Under the pieces are notes generated by a model. That model made no database searches. It was not told where the DNA came from and was given only the letters and a program-made list of their open reading frames with translations. Below, piece after piece: positions 21,630-33,108 of a DNA stretch of 36,865 nucleotides (its first letter is position 1; every line of letters starts with the position of its first letter). The translations under genes were made by a program, and so were the position numbers. Location: contig JAHLWZ010000966.1 of NCBI GenBank assembly GCA_020536535.1, positions 1 through 36,865 of the forward strand. Reading direction: 5' to 3'. The DNA comes from Pelomyxa schiedti. Its lineage: Eukaryota > Protista > Evosea.

Positions 21630-23943
21630 ATGACAACAGCACAGAGGCCTGTGTATGGTGAAGTAGTAATAGTGGCTGGCCAGAGTGGCGAGACAGGTAA
21701 CTGTTCCTCTAATCACGGCCCAGTTCAGAGCTGTCATTACATAATGCTCTACCGCCTCCCTTGAGTTCGAAGCAGGCCTCAACACTAACTGTTACAGATG
21801 TGGCTCAGGAGGCAGTGAATACACTGATGGTGGAGGGATTTGAGGCGTCCATACCTTTCTTGAGGGCATACATGAGAAATGGAAAGGTACATACCCGGTA
21901 GTGAGGGAATTTGAGTATCAACATGAGCATTTAGAATGCGGCCGCCGCAGCTGCCTCTGTAACTGCGGGAAGAATGGTACCTCTTGGAGGAGTGTTTATC
22001 AAGCAATTTATAGAAAGAGAGAGGAACGTGACTGCACACCTCATACATGAATATGCGCCTAGCACAAAGGCCGAGTTTGAAACCTATGTGCCAAGGGCCT
22101 CGGTACTGTTGATAAATACTACATTGATGCTTTCCTGGGACTGGGTGGAGCAGATTGCAGATCATGCAAGGCTACTGAATCCCAACATTATAATAGTTGC
22201 TGGCGGAATTGCCGTGCTCAAGTAAGATTCAAATCCTTGAAGTATGTCATTAATTCTTGCAACAAAAGGTTTTACAAAGTGCGGCAATTTATAGATGCTG
22301 GAAAACTACCTTCAAATGCTAATGTCTTGCGGGAAAACTTGAGACTCCTTTTCTTAAAGGAATACCATTCCTCCATTGATTTCTTTATTGCCAGTAATTC
22401 AGGAGAATATACTCTACTTTCCCTGCTTGATTCCTTGGCTAAGGTTGAGCAGTGAATTTAACAATCCCGTTCACATGTTTTTAGAGTTCAGAAGATTGGA
22501 AAACACTTCCAGGTGTATGTTGGCAGGAACCAAATGCGGTCCAATGGAATATGAATCCTAGTAAGGGAAAAAGTTCACCTGCCTTCTTTTTCTAACTCCC
22601 ACATAGTGGGCAACGAGCCCATTTCAGATGTAGAAGTCGACTGGGCTAAGGAAATAATTCCAAATCCTGAGCGCATCATCTTCCCTATTCAAGTGGGATA
22701 TGGTTGTCCATTCAAGTAAGAAGGAGTTAATAGTATTACGTCCTTACTTGTTTGTAGGTGCGGCTTTTGTGATTTCCATTTTATTGCCTCAAAGCCTCAT
22801 CAATCGGATCTCGCTTCTGTCATTCGAACTCTGAAGTCTGTACCACTTATCGAAGGGGTCAGACGGGTGTGTTTCGTGAGTCCTTATGTGAACTCAGTCA
22901 TGGCAGGTCTTTTTCACAAATGAAAATTTATTGTTGAACAGCAAACAAAGCCATGAACTGTTGCAGGCAATAATTGATGCAGACCTGCATTTGAGATGGA
23001 CTGGTTTTGTAAGAATTGATGCTGTTCAGACAAGTGATATTGTTGACCTTATTGTCCAATCGGGCTGTGAGAAAGTCTTGATTGGAGTGGAAAGTGGAGA
23101 TGAAACAGTGTTGAGGAATATGAACAAGCACTGTGCACCAGCGGTTTGTTATCGAACTGAGTTCTTTTCATTTAATTTGCTTTTTATCTAGCTGATAACC
23201 CGAGCACTTTCCCTTCTATTGGCAACGAAAATTGCAGTTCACACGTACTTACTTGTTGGTTTTCCAGGAGAAACTGAAGTATGAGTTTCCTCGTGGCCTA
23301 TGTTTCACTCAAATATGATTTCAAAAAAGGGAACCATTGCCAACACTGTCCGTCTATTCAATGAACTTCCTGAAGGAGGCTTACTTATGTTCAAGGTAGT
23401 CTCTCATCATGTGTAACTCATTCTTTTTCAGTTTCCATATTTATGTATTATTCAAGTGAATAAACTATACAAACCTCATAAACCAATTGCTAACAAACGA
23501 TTTGGCGAATTGGCCAATTTCCTAGGCCATCCCACTTATCGTGGCGCCCCTGTCGCCGATTTCAATGTTCCCGGAGCAAAGAGTGGGATTCGGACTTGTG
23601 GGAGTGACAAACAAGTGGCGCCACACCACGATGGACTACGCCACGGCCCACGCACTTGCTCAGAAAATCCCGGACATGATGAAGTCCACTTTGACGTCAG
23701 TCGTGCCAATTGACCAGATCTTCCCAGTATGGGACTGGGAGAAGATGCGCCAGCTCAATCTGGCCAGGAACGTGGTGTGTTTTCGGCTTCGTTCCGTTTT
23801 GTTTTTTTTTTCTCGCTGTTTGGACAACTTGGACTGATCATAGCTAGTTGAGATTCAGGCAGAGGGGACTTCAAGAGCAGCCGGTTGACCCAAGGACAGA
23901 TGACCAGCTCTGGAGTGCCTTGGAAGCCAACCTCTATCCATAA
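21630..23943 (+). CDS. Cobalamin-binding radical SAM protein (class B methyltransferase-like), multi-exon
   Basis: B12-binding-like region VPLGGVFI..LINTTL..NPNIIIVAGG..IDFFIASNSGE. CxxxCxxC = GCPFK/CGFC across intron 22716-22757. Barrel motifs WTGFVRID, SGCEKVLIGVESGDETVLRNMNK and LLVGFPGET. C-terminal FGLVGVTNKWRHTTMD. Probable last exon ends ...SALEANLYP stop. Confidence 0.85.
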
Positions 23944-24139
23944 TGCTCAACCTTGATCTCAAAGAAATCCTTTTTTTGATTGCAGATGAGTTCGACTTCT
24001 TTCTATCTAAAAAAAAGAAGCCAACGATACGAAGAGGGATGTCGCTCAACACGAATTCGGCATCACAAAACAATCTTTTGGATGTGCTGAGGGCGAGTAG
24101 CTCCAGCATTTTATGTGTGTAAAACCCGGGATGTGCCAC

Positions 24140-24673
24140 ATGAGTGGTTTTTTTTCAAGGGTGCACTTTATGAAATCTCTTTCTTTCTCCTTTTCCTTTT
24201 GAGTGGTTGTTTTAACTTTTTTTTTTTTTTTTTGTTGCTCCCCTTTTGTTTGTTTTGTGGTGCTCTCGTTGGTCAAACACCTTAATTTAATTAAGAATGC
24301 CCATTTCTTTTTCTCCCTCCTTTCAGCGAACTTATCTCTGAAGAGGACGACATCACCATCAGCACTCGGTTCTGAATGCACAACAGCAACCTCAGTCGTG
24401 AGCAACGCAAGCCCCAACACATCACCAGGCCTCCCACTCTCGCCCGTTGTCCCACAATCCTCCTCCACCTCCACCACCACCGTGAACTGCCACTCGCCAA
24501 CCCCACCCCCGACCTTGTCCCTGTCGCCACCTCTGGCCAATTTATCTTCCGGTTCTCAGGGTGTGGGGGACCAAAAGAGCCCCGTTCTGCCTCAATCTCC
24601 TCCTTCTCAGAGACTCAGGCCTCTGGGTTCCATGTCATGGCCTTCAACTCCAAAGGGTGAGTCCCCATCGTCT

Positions 24674-24705
<32 letters not shown>

Positions 24706-26146
24706 GTTGTTGTTGTTGGTCTAAACATAGGCATTTGGTCTGCCATTTTTCCTACAAAAGTTGTCGAAAATTACGAAGAGTGGCTCAAAAACGACCCCCA
24801 ACTCTCTGCTACTATTCATGGGCTGAATGCACTCTTGACAATCCTGAAAGGGAGCACAGGTTCCTCACGTCACATATGCACTACTTAGTTAACACTTTCT
24901 TTTTCTCTGTCTCTCTCTCAGCAACAACTATTATGGGGTTGAGACAAGAACTTGATGAAGAGGCAGCAAAACTATTCGAGAGCAACAAAGCAACTATATC
25001 TGTTGCTTCAGGTCTTTTACTAAACTTCCTCTGCTATTCTGAACTTTTACCACAGGATGTGCTTTATTTCTTCAATTTGTTACACATATTGCCCTTGATG
25101 TGGAGGTAAGTTCCACTTGAATCAGTAGTTGTTAAAGTATTTAGGATATTGAACAATGCAAAGCTAAATTAGTTGAAAGAGCAGAGCTACTTATAACAAG
25201 AATGTCCGAAGCAAGAGACAGAATTGCAACCATAGCATATCCCTTCATTACTGACGGCTCAGTATATTCCCTGCAAACATACTAATCAGCCAACCAAATA
25301 AAGGTTTTCCTCGTACATGGCTCCTCTAAAGTTGTACTGAAGCTGCTGCAAAGAGCAGCCCAGGAACATATCTCCTTCCGTGTAATCTGCACCGAATCGA
25401 GACCTGGGTCCTCTGGGTATTCCACTCGCCGATCTTTGTTGCATAAATCCACACCTCGACTGCAGCTAATCGCCACACTCCACATACAAGATGTACTTTT
25501 GCCTTGATCTAATCTTCTTATGGCGAGGAAGATTCAACTTCGCGCGGAGTCTTCAAGCATTGACTATTCCCGTTGAAATCATTTTGGATTCTGCAGTTGC
25601 CGCAGTTATGGACAAAGTTGATGCAGTTATTTGCGGTTCTGAAGCTATTGTTGAAAATGGTGGCATAATTAATAAGGTATGCCTTATCTATTCTACATAT
25701 TTTTTTTCCTACTAAAAAAGCAACAACCAAAAGATCGGGACATTTCAAATCTCCATTGTTGCCAAAGCATTCAATAAACCGTTCTATGTTGCTGCTGAAA
25801 GCTTCAAATTTATCCGATTGTACCCACTCACCCAATCAGAGATACCACAGGTTCGAACCCTTTTTTTATACCTATCTTTCTCACACTTACACAGAGAGCG
25901 TCCCCTTTTACCGCCTGTGCCGCATGCTCCCCAGCACTGCCGTCCTCAATTCAAGTTCATTTCCCACTTCCCTAACACTGACTGACACCACTAAAAACAA
26001 CTACATAGGTTTTCAATCCACATAGTGACTACACACCACCAAACTACATCACTTTACTCTTTACTGAGCTTGGTGTTCTCACCCCTTCTGCCGTTTCTGA
26101 CGAACTCATTAAGCTGTCATCACTATCCGCACCAACCAACTCTTGA
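24140..26146 (+). CDS. EIF2B1: Translation initiation factor eIF-2B subunit alpha, multi-exon
   Basis: [78 protein letters not shown] and [30 protein letters not shown]. Start inferred as ATG A followed by intron 24144-24327. Confidence 0.9.
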
Positions 26147-26199
26147 ATTTTTGATAATAGAAACAAACTTTATGCAAAATATGTGTTCTTTTCTTTTTA

Positions 26200-28320
26200 T
26201 CTGGTTTGGATACAGTGGCAAAGAGGCTCTTTGCTGGGGGTCCTTTAACCAAAGTACAACAAAAGGAGATGTGTTACACAGGTACAATCACAACTGTATT
26301 ACATGTGAGAATCCAAGGAACTATGTGAGGAAAAGAAAAACCTGATTGGGTGGATCAACTCCTACAGGCGGCTCTGTGCTCTTTATTGCAATTGTAAGGG
26401 GTGCGTGTTTACATCGTGAGGGCATTCTTAGCACTAGAACGTCACCACTTCGCAGGTTTTCCTAGTATGTCCGCAAATGGGTATCAAGATATGCGTCCTA
26501 GTTTTCCTTTACCTCAAAATTGGTAAAATTTGCTATCTTAGTTCCCGGTAGTAAATCTGGTACCGCATCAGCTGGTATCAGGCTTTCCCAGTCCTAATGA
26601 ACGTTGAAACTGTTACAGAGAGAAAGTTCGTACATGAAACTGAGCTAAATTAATTTGCCCTAGAATCGCCGTATCAATTGGCATGGGTGAGAGAGGGCCT
26701 AAAAACGTTGAGTAAAGGGTAAATGCGAGTTATTTTTTCTACCTAATCTTTTTGGGGTCATCCAGTAGACAAACGAAATTATCATTGAAATAAGCATGAC
26801 TTGAGCCACAGCATGCACCAGCCACAAATAATTCCACACAATGAAAGTGCGAACACAGATTATTACAACAGCAGCTCCAAAATATAGGATAACAGCTGCT
26901 CTGATTGCCCGCAGCAACTTCACCTAATTAAGTTCTAGGATCCATAATTTATTTGTACCTTCATTTTTGAACGTAATACAGTATCCTCCACAACTTCATG
27001 CAATAACCACAAGTATGCATGCAGTGTGTGCATATTTTGATTAACCTATGAGTACTGTTCATAAGATTGAGAGGAGAGAAACAAGTAAATAAAGCTTACA
27101 CCAGAAGTCACTCTTGGTAAAATAAAGAAGAATGCAAGAAGCAGTGTCAAGAAATAATAACCATCATTGTAAAACCTAGGGTGCACGTAAGACGGGCTAC
27201 AAACAGCAAATAACAACGTGTGGAACAGCAGAGAAGTGAAGAGTAAGGCAACGCCAATTATTATTGTCCGGAGTTCCGTAGTCTGGAGTTGCTGCCGTAT
27301 AATGCGAAAACCCTTACACACCAAAAGGATAATAGAAAATAACGTCGTTTGCATCACTGCTATAAGGAAACCTGAACATAGGAAGTAGTACTTCCTTTCA
27401 TGTCCTTTTTATTTATTAAATAAAAGAGAACCATAAAAAATCCCACCTGTTTTGTGAAGGAGAGTCCAGTAAGTTGCTTGCGCAACGACAAAAAATAGGC
27501 ATGCGCCAAGAGTAGCTGTCAGAAGTGGATGTAAATCGCGGAGACTAGCAAAGAAAGTAAGTATGGACTGAGAAGGGAGGGGATGATAACAAAAATCTTC
27601 TTCCCCACAAGAGTGTGAAGCAGTGTCCGATTAACACAACTCCCCACAAAGCACAGGAAACGTAATATAAGTATGGAAGAGGAATATCTTGAGAAATATG
27701 AGAGATATTGGAGAGAAGTCTAAACCTCCAACGGGAAGTTGTTCTTCACCAGGGTTCAAAAAAGTATATGAAATTATTACCTCATCCTGAAGAAATAAGG
27801 AGGGCAACTCAAGGGGGAAGGTGTACCAGTGTGCCGGCATAGGCACAATTTATAATGTACAAATAATAGTTTGATGTTGTAAGAACTGTGTGATTCGATA
27901 CAACGCCAGGACTAACTTTATATTTGTGGAGGGAATTTCAAGTGAGGTCCCAAATAAACGAAAATAGCTACTGACATGTGTATTCACACTTAATAGAACT
28001 ACACGGGTGATCAAGCAGAGTATCACGCTGTTTCCCTTGGGTGCATAACGTTGCATTCACTTTGGACCTGATTTCTGCAGGTTCCACAGTATAGTAAATA
28101 GACACACTACCCCCAGCATGGAAACTGAACAAACGGCGTTGTAATAACTCAGAAATCGAGATTGGGGGAGAAAAAGGGCAAACCCAAATGTGTCTAATAG
28201 CAAAGGGGCGCCAACTTCGAGCGATTTAACAGAGTGGTTTGTAACCACAAACGAATTGCCACCATGTATTTCCAACAGAAGAGCGAGACTAGTCGTGACC
28301 ACAAAAAGACCAGCAATCAT
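26200..28320 (-). CDS. Lung seven-transmembrane receptor family protein (GPR107/GPR108-like), multi-exon; 3' end approximate
   Basis: Signal-peptide-like N-terminus, LLDTFGF, YTFLNPGEEQLPVG, LFSIILLVCKGFRIIRQQL, KMKLLRAIRAAVILYF, and multiple transmembrane segments. Confidence 0.65.
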
Positions 28321-28555
28321 ACGCCACCGGTGTCACAGGCTCAGATCTCCCTCGCTTTTGATTTTCTGTTGATTATTACTCCGTCGTTTTGTGAGAGACG
28401 TCGGGCCGTGCACAGAAAAAAAGCAAAAAACCAGCCGCCACAAACACTGGGTGAGTCACTCAACAAGGTTTTTTATATTGTTCAGCACAATAACAGTGAG
28501 CGATAGGTTTTTAACGTCTTGGTGAGGAGGGAGAGCCTGCTGTTGTTTATAGAGA

Positions 28556-29021
28556 ATGCAACGAGATCCCCATGTACCAGTAGAGATGGAAATTAGTATT
28601 GTTGATGCAATTGTGGTGTCACTGATTGCCCTGCTGGCCATTGTGTTTGTGTGGTACTGCACAAAGGCCATCACTACTGTAATAGCTTGGATTGTAAAGG
28701 TACGCAACAGCCGCCATTCTCGATTTTTTTTTTACCAAATTATGACCTTACTGTTAAGATGACCATTGTGTGTACAGTGCTGGGTTTGCTTGCCTTCCTA
28801 TTACTCCAATTATTTTCTCCTGAAGACAAGGCTCTCATTGGCTCCTTTGTGTGGGAAAGTGTTTCGCACCTTGGCTCACTATCATGTCATTCTTTTCCTG
28901 TTTCGTGTTTGCTATTAATACACTCCCAGACACTGTGATACAGCTTCTCAGTTCTGCATACACCACTGTATTGGCACCCACTATCTCCTATGCATACAAC
29001 CTCTTAGCACCTCAGCAATGA
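28556..29021 (+). CDS. Small membrane protein (hypothetical), 3 exons
   Basis: MQRDPH...IVVSLIALLAIVFVWYC...WIVK/MTIVCTVLGLLAFLLLQLF.../...YNLLAPQQ stop. GT-AG introns start near 28700 and 28859. Confidence 0.55.
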
Positions 29022-29060
29022 ATAGTGATAATTTTGTATTCCTTTTAACTCTTGGATGAA

Positions 29061-31527
29061 TTACACAAGTGAAAAGCTCACACCTTCGCAGCACACACGA
29101 CAAGCGAGGTGCAATCTCGAGGCACTAGACAGTGGTGGTGTCAGAGACATTATTTCCTTGATGACCCCATCACACCACAGGGCTGCCACGCCTGCCTGCC
29201 GGTCAACGAGAACAACCGCCACCCCAGCTGTGACATAAGAAGGCCACCACATTGATCTGCCATCACCCGGGAAGGCGACCTGGGCAACTTGGGCATCCCC
29301 GCTGACCACCGCAAGTACCCAGCAGCAGCTACAGGGTTTTCCAACCTTCACATGAAACGTAGCCGCTGCACCAGGCGCAACACCTGCGATTGTCCGTGTC
29401 CACCGTTTTTGGCCGTCTGTTGGTAACCGTGGCGTCATCATCGCAAAAATCGGCAGCAAGATCCCAGGCACGCTCCCACTTGGTGGCCGTGGGGGCGAGG
29501 TGGAAACGGTCTAATTTGACATTCGTGAAATTGGTGGAACAGAGGTACACCCCTGTCAAGTCGCTTCCAGAGAGGTCTGCATTGGAGCAGTCTGCGTACC
29601 CTAAGTCACTGCAACTCAAGTTGGTAGAATCGAGCTTAGAATCACTTAGGTCACAGTTCCTAAGATTAGAACCCTGAAGATTAGCGCCAGAGAGTATGGA
29701 GCCACTGAATTTCGTTCCAGATAGGTCTGCTCCAAGGAAATTCGCTCCCTTCAGTAAAAAGCCAGAGAAATCGAACCCTGCTAACTTACAGTTTGAGAAG
29801 TTGACTCCGGGTAATTCACGTGGAAGTTTGGTTGAATTCAAAATTGACCCACTCAATTCAAATGCCTGAGGTATAACTGCATGAGTAAGATTGCACAGAG
29901 TCATGTCTGTGCGGATAAGCGCGGCGGGAAGTATCGTTAGGTGAAAGTTCGCTCCTCGTAGGGAAGATTCATGGAGAGTAGCACCAGCCATATTTGCCGA
30001 TGTCAGGTCTGCTCCATCTAATATGGCGCCACTAAGTGAGTTAGAGAATAGGTATAGTAGTTAAATAATGGGTGAAGCGGGAATTATACCGCATATTTGC
30101 CTTTGAAAAATTTACATGGGAAAGGTTTGCTCCACTTAAGTCTGCATTGACTAGGGATGCGTTACACATAAGGAATCCAGACAGATTTTTCCCAGAAAAA
30201 GTGGAGTTACTGAGCTGCTTGCCACTCCAGTCCAGTGGGTGTGCTGTGGGACACACGATTGCCTGTGCCTCGGATGTGCAACCAGGCTGAACTCCCGTAA
30301 TTGTTGACGAATATCCTTTCTCCTCATTCAGGACTGGTTCATGGAGAACGCACGATGAGGATAAGTGCCTATCCATCAAGCTTAGGGAAGATAGGAGTGT
30401 ATTTTCAAGAGATGCAAGTCGTAACAGAATAGGACGCTGCAATTCAAATGCACAGGAAACAGTGTGTTGAGCCAGCTGACCACGGGGACCCTTCCATTGG
30501 CAACCAACAACCATTCCAGTACATGGAACAAGAAAAGCAGCACAACTTGTTGAGGCATGTTGATCTTGCTTTATTGGTGGAACCTTCATTCCACATCCAA
30601 GAGGGCAACCTTATTTCAGTGAAACCCGCCAATTTTTATAATTGAGCACACCAACTGGGCAATCATTACGATCATGAACATCGGTATCCTTGCGTTTGAA
30701 TTGGGCATCACATTTCGGGCATTTTACAGACACTTCAGGACACACAGCTTCTTCATGAGCTTTTTGCTTCAAAGGGGCAATCTTTTCATTGCATCCGAAC
30801 CGGCACACTGGCAGTTTAATTGTTTAATAGGATTCAATGAAGTTGGGCTTACAGACTGGACAGTCTTCTTTGATATGCATTTTCAACATTCCACGCTTCA
30901 TTGCCATATTGCACTTGTCACACACAATATCAACCATTGGGCACTCTGTTTGCTCATGGCTTAACTGAGTGGCAGGAGATAACGTTGTAGACTCAGCACC
31001 ACACTTGGGGCAAGCTAGTGTTGTATTGTTTTTATGTGTTTATTGGGTTGTAGATTTATATTTATTCTTCTCAGGTTGGTAGGGTGTATGTACATACGCC
31101 TTGGACAGGCTGGATAATGGTGGATAAACTTCTTCCGGGACATCAATTGTCCACACGAGCTTGGGCACCGAACTTCAAGTTGGTCCAGCTGTGTCAGGCA
31201 CCTTGGATTGGCAACAGAAACAACGGAAGGCACCGTGGCAGAGCACACTGGGCATGGTCGTCCCACCTCAATGCACTTTCTACACATATAGGACGTGCAG
31301 CACGCTGCCGAAACTGGGTCAAACAAAGGCCTCTATTTCACAAACGCACTTTAGCCCTGCACCACAAAAATTGGCAAAAAAAAAAAAGGGGGAGTACTCA
31401 CTTGGCAGTGCTCATTTCCGCAAGTCCAAGGAAACGCATCCAAAGCGCCAACATACTGGAACGGAGGAGGTGACTGTGGTCGTACTTGAGCCCCCGGCTC
31501 CCCGCCACTCCTCTCCACCCCGGCCAT
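29061..31527 (-). CDS. RING / TRAF-type zinc finger / pentapeptide-repeat protein
   Basis: RING-like CGNEHC/..DPVSAACC..MCRKC..CPVC. TRAF fingers CRFGCNEKI..HEEAVCPEVSVKCPKC..HDRNDCP and GCQWKGPRGQLAQHTVSC. Long A(D/N)LxG pentapeptide tracts at about 29500-30200. Exact C-terminus ambiguous. Confidence 0.8.
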
Positions 31528-31662
31528 TTTTTTGTTGTTTTGAGACGGAACCAACACGATTTGCTTTTTTCGGTTTGAAAAAAGAAACGCCCAAGAAAGA
31601 AAATCATCCGCCAAGTGGGATTGACAAAAGCGAATGAGTTTCTATTGTGGGGGATAGAGAGC

Positions 31663-32840
31663 TTAGGACTTGGATGCTACTGGTGCTGGCTGCTCGGTCT
31701 TCTTTGGTGCTGGTGCCTTCTTGGTCTGCTTCTCGGCTGGTTTCTTGGCGGACTTGCCTGCCTGTGTTGGGGCCTTCTTGGGTGCCTTGGCCTTCTTGGC
31801 AGCTGCCTTGGCTTTCTTGGCCTTGGCCTTCTTGTCCTTCTGCTCCTTCCTCTTCTTGTCTCGCTCCTCCTTGCCCTCGGTGCGTTTCTTGACCAGGTCT
31901 GCGGCCTTCTTCTTGAGCTTGGCCTCCTTGGCTTTCCGCACTACAGCGACCGCCTCGAGATTTTTCTTCTTAGCTTCGTCTCGTTTGGCGGAGATGCGGG
32001 CCTGGCGCTCACGGAGAATCTGACCGGCGCGAGAGCGAATAGCAGTGGAAAGCTGTTGGTGTTTGTTTTTTGTTTTTTGTTTGGTGGAAACAGTTAGCGG
32101 GGTAAAAGAAGATAATGGAAGAAGAGAGCGCACCTTTCTGCGGAGGCCGAGTCTCTGGAACCTTTCGAAGTCAGTAAGTCCTCTCTTGACCTTGGTTGCA
32201 TCGATTTGATGGAACCACTTGGAATAGCGCCACTTTCTCATGACGCCCTCCTGTGCGACAGTTAAGTTGGGTTACAGCGTAACAAAAAGAAAAGAACAAT
32301 CTCACTGACCTTTTTGAAGACCTGAGCAAGTGCCTTGGAGCCAAAGGTATTTTGGATGGGGATGACGTAATCGGTGAGGGCAACTCTTTTGAGGGGCATT
32401 GCTTGTCGGCAAACTCCGGTTACGGACCTTGGGCCATCAATAAGAACCTTCCAAAAGTCAGACTGAAAACACAGGGAAGCGTGGGTGTAGGTTGTGATGC
32501 CAAAGGGTGTTTGAGTGTTGGTTGGTGGGGTTGGCAAACTCGGTTTTCGTCGATGATATCCACGATGGTAGCAAGTTTGCCATTGTCGGGGCCATAGTTA
32601 ACAAGGACAACGCGGCCCACTTGGACGAACTTCTTGTACAACTAACAAGAAAAATTACTATCGCCTCAAAAACGGTGTTGGAGGTAGGGAGTGAAGCCCA
32701 CAAAAACAAAATAAATGCATCATAGAAACGAGACGAAACGTTGCGAAAAAAAAAAACCGAAGAAACGAAGCCGACGTTGCGGAAAAAAACGAAAATGAAA
32801 CAAGTGGGTAGCGTGTTGTTGTTTTCTGGGGGCCTACCAT
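31663..32840 (-). CDS. RPL14: 60S ribosomal protein L14 (eL14) with Lys/Ala-rich C-terminal extension
   Basis: First coding exon is just the ATG (32838-32840), followed by intron 32837-32642. Then [43 protein letters not shown] and LTDFERF. Confidence 0.95.
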
Positions 32841-33108
32841 CACGTATCGTCGCGTGACAAACAAAAACAAAAAATGGAGCCGGACTACGGTGGCCGATTT
32901 TCAGGATCAAAAGGAAAAAAAAAGAAAAAAATTGTAGGCACTTTGCTATTGTAAATTTCTAAAAAAAGGTCTCAACGTCATTAGATTTTTTCCTCCTCAA
33001 CTGCGATTCTCCTCAATCATTTTTTCTTTCCATCTGTTGTGCCAAGCCAAGGATGCACAAAGAGAAGCGAAACAACACAAGAACGAAACACGGCCATTGT
33101 TAAAACGT

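Noticed and set aside
32642-32837. Long first intron of RPL14 as a possible snoRNA host
   Set aside because: Only an imperfect C box (ATGATGC) and no terminal CTGA or H/ACA pattern.
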